64,000 bases of DNA, from NCBI GenBank assembly GCA_012295275.1, contig CM022672.1, forward strand, positions 8,122,001 to 8,186,000, read 5' to 3'. Numbering within the stretch: position 1 is the stretch's first letter; each line of letters begins with the position of its first letter. Shown one piece after another: positions 56,163 to 64,000 of this stretch. A model generated the notes under the pieces. The model worked only from the letters and a program-made list of their open reading frames with translations, was not told the DNA's origin and did not search any database. Both the position numbers and the translations under genes were made by a program. Source of the stretch: Chrysomallon squamiferum. Its lineage: Eukaryota > Animalia > Mollusca.

Positions 56163-57307
56163 CCTTTACACTCCTCTCACCAAACATTCACGACAAAAAG
56201 TTAATTTCCAAAGAAAATTAAAGTAAATCAAAATTAATTCTGTTCTCAAATGCATTCTCCTTGCACCAAAAGCAGCGAAATAATACTGATAGACTGTTAC
56301 GCGTACACCTGACACTGGTGATCAAAGACAGTTCGTGCTCCGCGCAGCATTTAATGCGCGCTCGGGAAAGTAGTTCCGGGATTAGCGGGCTGTGTTTGGA
56401 TAGCTAAGTGTGGGCGAAGAGACGTGGAGGACTATTACAGAGCCGCGCATTCTTCGTGTAATATTTAAACAACACTTTCTTTGTGTGACTTCCTCAACCA
56501 GTTAATTGAACGGTCAACACAGCTATTGTGCACATTAGAGCCCCACTGTCGAGCCGCAGGGTCGGAGATAACAGCTATGGGGGGGAATGAAGGTCGCTGA
56601 AAGATAACATGGGTTGTTAATTGTGTCAGACTTTACATGAATTCTTAATTATAAATAAAGCATTTGAATGCGTTAATGCTAATAAGAAGTACAAGAAAAA
56701 GCAGGACAACTACAGCACAACAGCACTACAATAACAATAACAACAGCAATAAAATAAAAATTAAATTATTATTAAAGTTCAGCAGAACCAAAATATTCAG
56801 TTGATGAACAAAAACAGTGATCACGTTTTTATTTGAAGACGTTGGCACTTGCGTCATCATGGTCCGGAGTTCGTGAACAGACGTCGTTGTGACCGACGAC
56901 GTGAGCTGACTGATGAACGGTGATGAGAAGAAGACAGCGGTTAAGACGATGTTCACTTCTGAGGCGACCATCACGACTGCGAGTCTGGTAGGGTTAACGT
57001 AAAGAAGCGACGGTGAAAGAGTTAATCAGATCAGACAGTCAGACGTTGACGATAAGCTCACCCACAGGGAAGTGAGGATATTACAGAGCACATTTCATAC
57101 TGAGATTATGAAGCTGGCCAAAAGTATCGGTTACATGGCCGATACTGGGAAATTACATGATTTAAAAATAGCTTCGTTAAGCGTTAATGAATGGATGAAG
57201 AGACGAATGATGATAATAGAATGATGGATAAACAATGAAATGATGGAAATACGGACGAAAAGAATGAATGGATCTGCTACTGTTACTACTGAATCTACTG
57301 TTATTGT

Positions 57308-57382
<75 letters not shown>

Positions 57383-58435
57383 TTATTAAAATTATTTTTA
57401 ACGTACTACAATTACATCAGCTACTACTACTAATACTCCACCCATTACTGTTACTAATTGTCATCGTTATTTGAATATAGCACCAAATATGGTGTATGTG
57501 ACTTTTATGTATACATTTTCATTAGTAGGAACATTTCTTTTTTTTTCCTCATTTATAAAATAAAACGAGCCAAGAAAAAAATTAGAAAATCTCGTAAAAG
57601 AAATAATTTACAAGTTGAATTTGGATGTAAAGTTAGTTTCATACAAATGTTGCACTAATCGGGTTTTACCTCTTCATTATTATCAAGTAGAAAATAAATT
57701 TGAGTGAAAACTAAAATGTCATCGTCTTCATTTTATCAAGGTACTGAGTGTAAATTTTCACCTTGTTGATATATTTCATTCTGAAGTCAGCAAATATTTG
57801 GCGTATTCAGTGAAATGTAGAAAATAACTTCTGGTCGATGCTTCAGGCCAAATCTTTATCGAATCAAGTAAAAAAAAAAGTATTTGTGAATTGTTAAACC
57901 TTGGTTTCACAAACTCATTAGTTGATTTTTTAGTGTAGATTACACGTTAAATAAGAATGAAATGAAAAAGGGAAAACGAAAAAGCCAATCAAAACAGATG
58001 TCACAGAGAAATATTTCGATAACTTAGGATGGAATAACGTTAACAGGTTCCATGAAGTTGAAATTGAAATTTGAATCTGATTTTTACAAATGACTGGTTT
58101 TTTACAAAAATCACAGAATGAAAAGTTAATTAATGGAACGCTGATAATGTTTTCTGTTACACATTACGTGTGCGTGTTGAGACTAAGCATTCATTCATTT
58201 ATTCATTAATTGAGTTATTTATTCATTCGTTCATCTATTTATTTGTTATTCTATATTTTTTGTTGTTGTTACTTTTTTAAATTTATTTTATTATTATTAT
58301 TATTATTATTATTTTGTTGTTGTTGTTGCCGTTTTTATTACACTGACATTTTTTTTTTTTTTTATAATCTTTGCATCATTGTTGTTGTGGTTTCATTTTG
58401 TTTCATCATCATCATTTTCGTTATAATTACCATTA

Positions 58436-58482
<47 letters not shown>

Positions 58483-59285
58483 TTAATTAATTAATTATTT
58501 GTTTTAATATATATAAATATATATATACCTTTATATGTACTTTGGTCTATTATTATTACCCGTATATTTGTAGTACAGATAAAAACAAAAATACACAGTA
58601 TAAATAAAAGGTGAAACCAGACGATGTAAATTAATTACTTATTCCAAGATTGGCCGGGTCCACTGGGAATTTGAGTAAAGTGAGTTATAAGGAAGATTTA
58701 CACTTTTTCAGACTAAGATAGAATCATTTGTTCAGTGCTTAGCGCAGTGTTATTGGAAATTGGTTACAGGTGAAAGTTCTTAACACAGTCTGAGAAAGTG
58801 TGAATTAAAATCTCGGTTACTTTTTGCTTTAACAAATAGAACACGTTTATATACGTTAAATCGTTTGTACAGATTCTGTGTATTTTTTACCTTATCTCTA
58901 AACTCTGGATATTTGTACTACAGTGATAAGAAGAAGAATGTTTACTGTTTTTCATTAAAGCAACAAATAATCTTTTATACACATCTTCCGTCCCAAGAAC
59001 TGTCTTTCTTTTTATTATTATAATTTCTTTTGTTTTCTTTCTTTCTTTGTTTTTTATTTTATTTTGTTTTATTTTTGTTTTTTTTTTTTGTTTTTATTTT
59101 TTTTTTTTTTATTTTTTATTTTATTTTATTTTTTTATTGTCATTATTATTATTATTTCAGCCAGTCTGGTATGTCCATAACAAATCCGGTGCACTTTTTA
59201 ATGCATGCACATTTTAAATGCTTGACTGCCTGATGGATGCTGTTTAACTTAGATTTTTGAAGGATTATTAATAATAATAATAATA

Positions 59286-59327
<42 letters not shown>

Positions 59328-59933
59328 GCAGTTGTAGTAGGTAATAGTTATAACGGTACTAACAGTTATTTATTCATTTTCCTTTGTATTATCGTAACTG
59401 CTTAATTATAATAGTGTAAAGTTAATTACACTAATTTTAATGAAACGTATTTTAAATGAGCATTTAAAACTAGCTCACTTTAACTGGTAAGAATTGCTGC
59501 CAGTGTGTTTCAGACAAAAGAGAAGAGTTTTTACTTCTTTTTTTATTTTATCTCTCCACACCTAAATTTATCCCTTCAGTCTGTCTGTCTGTGTGTCTGC
59601 CCATGTCTGCCAGTTTCTGTGTGAGATTTGATAAATCAGAATCATTAACAATACACGTAATATTGTTCTTCTACTTAAAGGACGTTATTTTGGTTATCAG
59701 CATTATATGCCAGTCGTTTTGAACGGTTTTAGTTATTAATATTCTTCCTCTTCTATTTGTGTTATAGATGTGTAGTTCTCTCATATATAAATTGAGATTT
59801 CGAGAATAGAAAAAGTGAATGCGTTGTATGATGAAGTAATAATCATCATCATCATTATTATTATTACTACTACTATCACTACTACTATATTATCTTATGT
59901 TATTGTTGTTTTGTTATTGTTGTTGTTCTTATT

Positions 59934-60025
59934 TTTCTTCTTCTTCTTCTTCTTCTTCTTCTTTTTCTTCTTCTCCTCCTTCTTCTTCTTCTTCTTCTTC
60001 TTATTATTATTATTGTTATTATTAT
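59934..60025. repeat. (TTC)n-(TTA)n microsatellite
   Basis: Directly visible. Confidence 0.95.
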
Positions 60026-61399
60026 CTTAAAAACAAAAATAAGAAAAGAGAACTCCTTGGAACATGTAATTTTATCAGCAGTGTTAACTTATCTTAAGTA
60101 TCATTATCAGCATAGTTTTATACGAACCTACATGGCGCAGTACAGAACGCATTAATTAGATGTATTATGGGTGTATTAAGTAACGTACTGTGTTAATTCT
60201 GACTCACTGAATCACGCCAAGCGATGAACATCACAGCAGAGGCAGACTGTTATAAAACAAACACGTGTTGTAATAACACTAATTTGCCTAACTGCACGTA
60301 TTTACAACAGCTGGTGTGCATGTACAAACAAACAAGCAGTTTGGTTCAGGCTGTACACATCGAAATCAGGGAGTTTGAAAACATTCATTACCAAATTTTA
60401 TATTTCCGTTCTTCGTAATTAACAGCAGTATCAGACATACTCATGCATTCTTTGAAGTTCGAAAATCTTGTTAATTATTTTATTTTCTTACTCTTATCAA
60501 AAATAATATCGAATGTTGTCGTCCCCTTTGAGATCAGCGAGTTTGAATATTTCTATCATTATTTTCTAATTTTATCACAAACAAAACCAATTATCAGTAA
60601 CATGATAAAGATTTTGAACAATTATTCATCGGTTATTATTAGTTCTTATTTTTTATTTTATTTTTTTTTTTTGCGGAATGGTTTGAAAATCAGAGAATGC
60701 ACAAATTTACGCATACACAAACACTGATACACACAGACACAAAGACACACATACACACATACACACATAAAAACATACGCACACACACAAACAAGATTTC
60801 TCTTTACAGTGTACACACTGAGCCGAGAGAGTTTGCGAGTCCTGCTTTGTACTACTACTCTACTGGACCTGCCTGTTTGTATAATACTGCACAGTTGAAA
60901 AACAGTGGAGTTTGAAAATCTCCGTTCTTTGTTCTCCCACAATGAAGTAAATCTCGTTCCTTACTTCTTCAGTAGGCTGTGTTAATTTGAGGAACCTATT
61001 TCGGAAATGCACCTGAAAATCGGGCATTCAAATATCTCGACACTTTGCTGTAGGATTATTTTATCTGAAACCAGGTCAAAGTTTATTTTAATGAGGTTCT
61101 GTTGCGTTCTGTCCCATGAATGGCTCGAGGTAAAACTATTTTATTAATGTGTTATTCTCGGTACCGGTATGGGCAAGTGACTGCTTTTGACGAGTTTATA
61201 AGACAGGTGACAGTTCTGTTTTTAACTGAAATGTTTAAAAAAAGATGCTGCGCAGTAGATTAAAGCTTTTGTTTACTACAATGAAGAAATCTTTTTTTAG
61301 AACGACTAAATATTTGAAATTATTTCCCAGAGTAGAAAATTTACAACTTTATTATTGTTTATGTCTCTTGTAGTATTTTTTTTCTATTAGTACAGCTGT

Positions 61400-61730
61400 T
61401 GTTACTACTACTCCTACTACTACTTTTACTACTACTACTATTACTACTACTACTACTACTACTACTACTACCACTACTACTACTTCTACAGCTAGTTCTG
61501 TTGCTACAGCTACTTGTAGTGCTGCTACTAATGCTGATCAGGACTGGCTTCAAGTCAGATGGATTAGTTACTCTTGTGATGCTGCTGATGACGATGTTAA
61601 TGCTGCTGGTGATCGTCGTAGAAGTAATAGTTATAGGTAGTTTCATTATTACTAGTAGTAGTAGTAGTAGTAGCAGTAGTAGTAATAAGAGTAGTAGTAG
61701 CAGCAGCAGTAGTAGTAGAAGTAGAAGTAC
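61400..61730. repeat. (CTA)n tract facing a (GTA)n tract
   Basis: TAC/CTA repeats at 61402-61485 and AGT/GTA repeats at 61654-61717. Confidence 0.9.
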
Positions 61731-62528
61731 ATATTTAAAACAATTTATCTGAAAAATAAAAATAAATGTGTTTTTGTAAAGTGTTACTATCTGTATCTGG
61801 ACGTTTTAGTAAAGTCTGTTCGAAATACGCTAAAATTAAACCTGGCTGTTTCTTCTTTTATTAGTTGTTTACATATCACCTTTTCACTGCAGTATCGTTT
61901 ACTAAACATGTACAAACATATGTCACATATGAGTCACATGACCTGTGTAGTATATTATTCGCGTATTAACACAGCTTATACGAAATATCTAAACTCGTTT
62001 GATATAAACTAGATGTATGTGTAATCAATAGTATGCATTAAACCATTTACATAGTTTTCAGTTCTTTATAAACCATTTCTGTAGTGGATAGTTCGTGTTC
62101 AAAACATTTTCAAGGTTTATAATAAGTAACAAATGATATCCGTTCTACAGCATATGATACAGTTTTTCTGGAGTCTGTTGATCTGATAAATTTTTTAGTC
62201 TGTAATTCGCTATAAGCTGTACATCTGTTTTCTATAATTTGTAATTTATTCCTTCACTCTGTAACTGACGTTAAACCATTTCACTATCGTGCAGTTTGTG
62301 AAGAAATATCTACACTGATTATAATTACTGATTAAATTCAAGTCGTGATATTCTCACTGTGTACACTAAAGTCTATAATTTGGAATAATCCATTTTCGAA
62401 AGTGTATTATTCCTGTTAAACCTGCTCTATACCTAGTTATACATCATTAGAACACTGGAAAGTTCATGGTAAATAAAATCTGTAGTCTACAGTTTCTAAT
62501 AAACTGTTTCCATAATTTACAAAACGTA

Positions 62529-62563
<35 letters not shown>

Positions 62564-62675
62564 CGATGATGTGTTAATGGTGATAATAATGATGATGATT
62601 ATGATGATAACAATAAATAAATTCACTGATTAATCAAATAAAAAAAAAAAATAAAATAAAATAAAATAAAATGAA

Positions 62676-62710
<35 letters not shown>

Positions 62711-62814
62711 AATAGTACTGATTATTTAATTCCTTAATCTACATTTTGTGATAAATTTTTTACATAAAGCACGCTTACTTGTTGAACTCTTGTTATATCT
62801 TACGTATAAATGAC

Positions 62815-63360
62815 ATCAGAAAACCTACGTATTTCTCTCATTTGAGAACCCATGTAATATTAGCATTAGAAAAGCCTACGCATTTTGTAACTAAAGAACC
62901 TGCATGTTACTGGCTTCAGAAAACTACGTATATTGTTATTAAAACACTTGCGGGTTTATGCATTTGGAGAACCTGAACAGTACTGATTATTTGAAAATCT
63001 GACTACTTTTGTGTTACAAAACCTAAGCACTATTGCAGTTTGAATACCTACGTGCTTTTGTTATTCGAAAACCTGCGTATTAATGTCTCTGGGGAAACCT
63101 GTCTGTTTATGTTATTACAGAATCTGCCTAGAACTGGCATTTGAAAACCTGCATACGACTAACCATTTAAAAACTGAGTGCTTCTTTTATTAGAGAACCT
63201 GCTGACAGTGTATTTGAAAACCTACGTAATTCTGTTGTCCGAAAACCTGAATACTACTGTCGCTGGGAAAACCTACGTATTTCTAAACTTTTGAAATCGG
63301 GATGCTTCCTTTATTAGATGAACCTGCGAATTACTGTTTTTGAAAATCTCCGTAGTTCTG
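62815..63360. repeat. Old diverged minisatellite, ~25-bp unit (TTTGAAAACCTRCGTATTACTGTTA-like), ~21 copies
   Basis: An (A/G)AACCT(A/G) anchor recurs about every 25 bp (62821 ... 63069, 63095, 63145, 63217, 63243, 63269, 63320). Confidence 0.85.
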
Positions 63361-64000
63361 TTGTGTAGTGTCTTGCGTAGTGTCTTCGCATAAACAGTGT
63401 TGTCTTTACAGAAAGTCTAATACTTCTGAATGCAGAAAACTTAAATACGGTTAAATTACTATTAGAGATTGCTTTGTTTTAACTATTTACTACATGTCTG
63501 TGTATATCAAACAGGTTCGTGCTGTCGTGACGCCTCGGATGAAATTAAAGGTTAATGATTATGAGTTTCGGTGGACATCTGTCACTATTACTATGCATTA
63601 TAATGTGGTTGTATTTGTTTGAATATCGCTAAATAACCTTTGCTTTACCTCAACAAACAGAGAACAATCAATTCGCAGCTGTTCCGAGTTTTATCACGAA
63701 ATGAGCTTTTCATTGTAAAACTCTCTTTTACACGTTCCGCCACATTACACTCGTATATTTATTAACTTATTTAACAAACACACAAATCATCTTAATATAA
63801 TTATATATATATATTTATATATTTTTTTTTATATTTAAATATTTTTTATGACATTATATGTTTTTGGTTTCAGTATTTGCGTACAATGCATTGTGAATTA
63901 TGTTAATAATAATAAAAAAATAAATAAATAAAAATATAATAATAATAATAATAACAATAATCATAATAATAATAATAATAACGATAATGATAATAATAAT

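Noticed and set aside
56913-57002. Short plus-strand ORF MNGDEKKTAVKTMFTSEATITTASL with a possible CTG|GTAGGG donor
   Set aside because: Weak donor, no promoter evidence and no recognisable peptide.

Overview
This is AT-rich (roughly 30% GC by eye), microsatellite-saturated eukaryotic non-coding DNA, most likely a large intron or intergenic gene desert of an invertebrate animal. A few repeat motifs resemble ones I recall from gastropod mollusc genomes, which I cannot verify here. I can support no protein-coding gene, rRNA, tRNA, CRISPR array or autonomous transposon; nearly all listed ORFs are translations of simple repeats. The sequence does show dozens of microsatellites, about eight minisatellite arrays with 25-42 bp units (one with an A/B higher-order structure), several local and dispersed duplications, and a ~95-bp inverted-repeat pair bracketed by (TA)n. 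It also has short GC-richer unique islands loaded with transcription-factor motifs. The strongest unexplained signals are regulatory. I count 31 CACGTG E-boxes by hand against about 4 expected. A tandem double RORE plus CCAAT box lies next to a G-quadruplex motif, a perfect RFX X-box and a MEF2 site at ~18-19 kb. There are also DR0 nuclear-receptor sites, three full CREs and a 54-nt hairpin. Together these suggest, but do not prove, the cis-regulatory landscape of a bHLH/nuclear-receptor-controlled (possibly circadian) gene whose exons lie mostly outside the window. I found no demonstrably new biological system.
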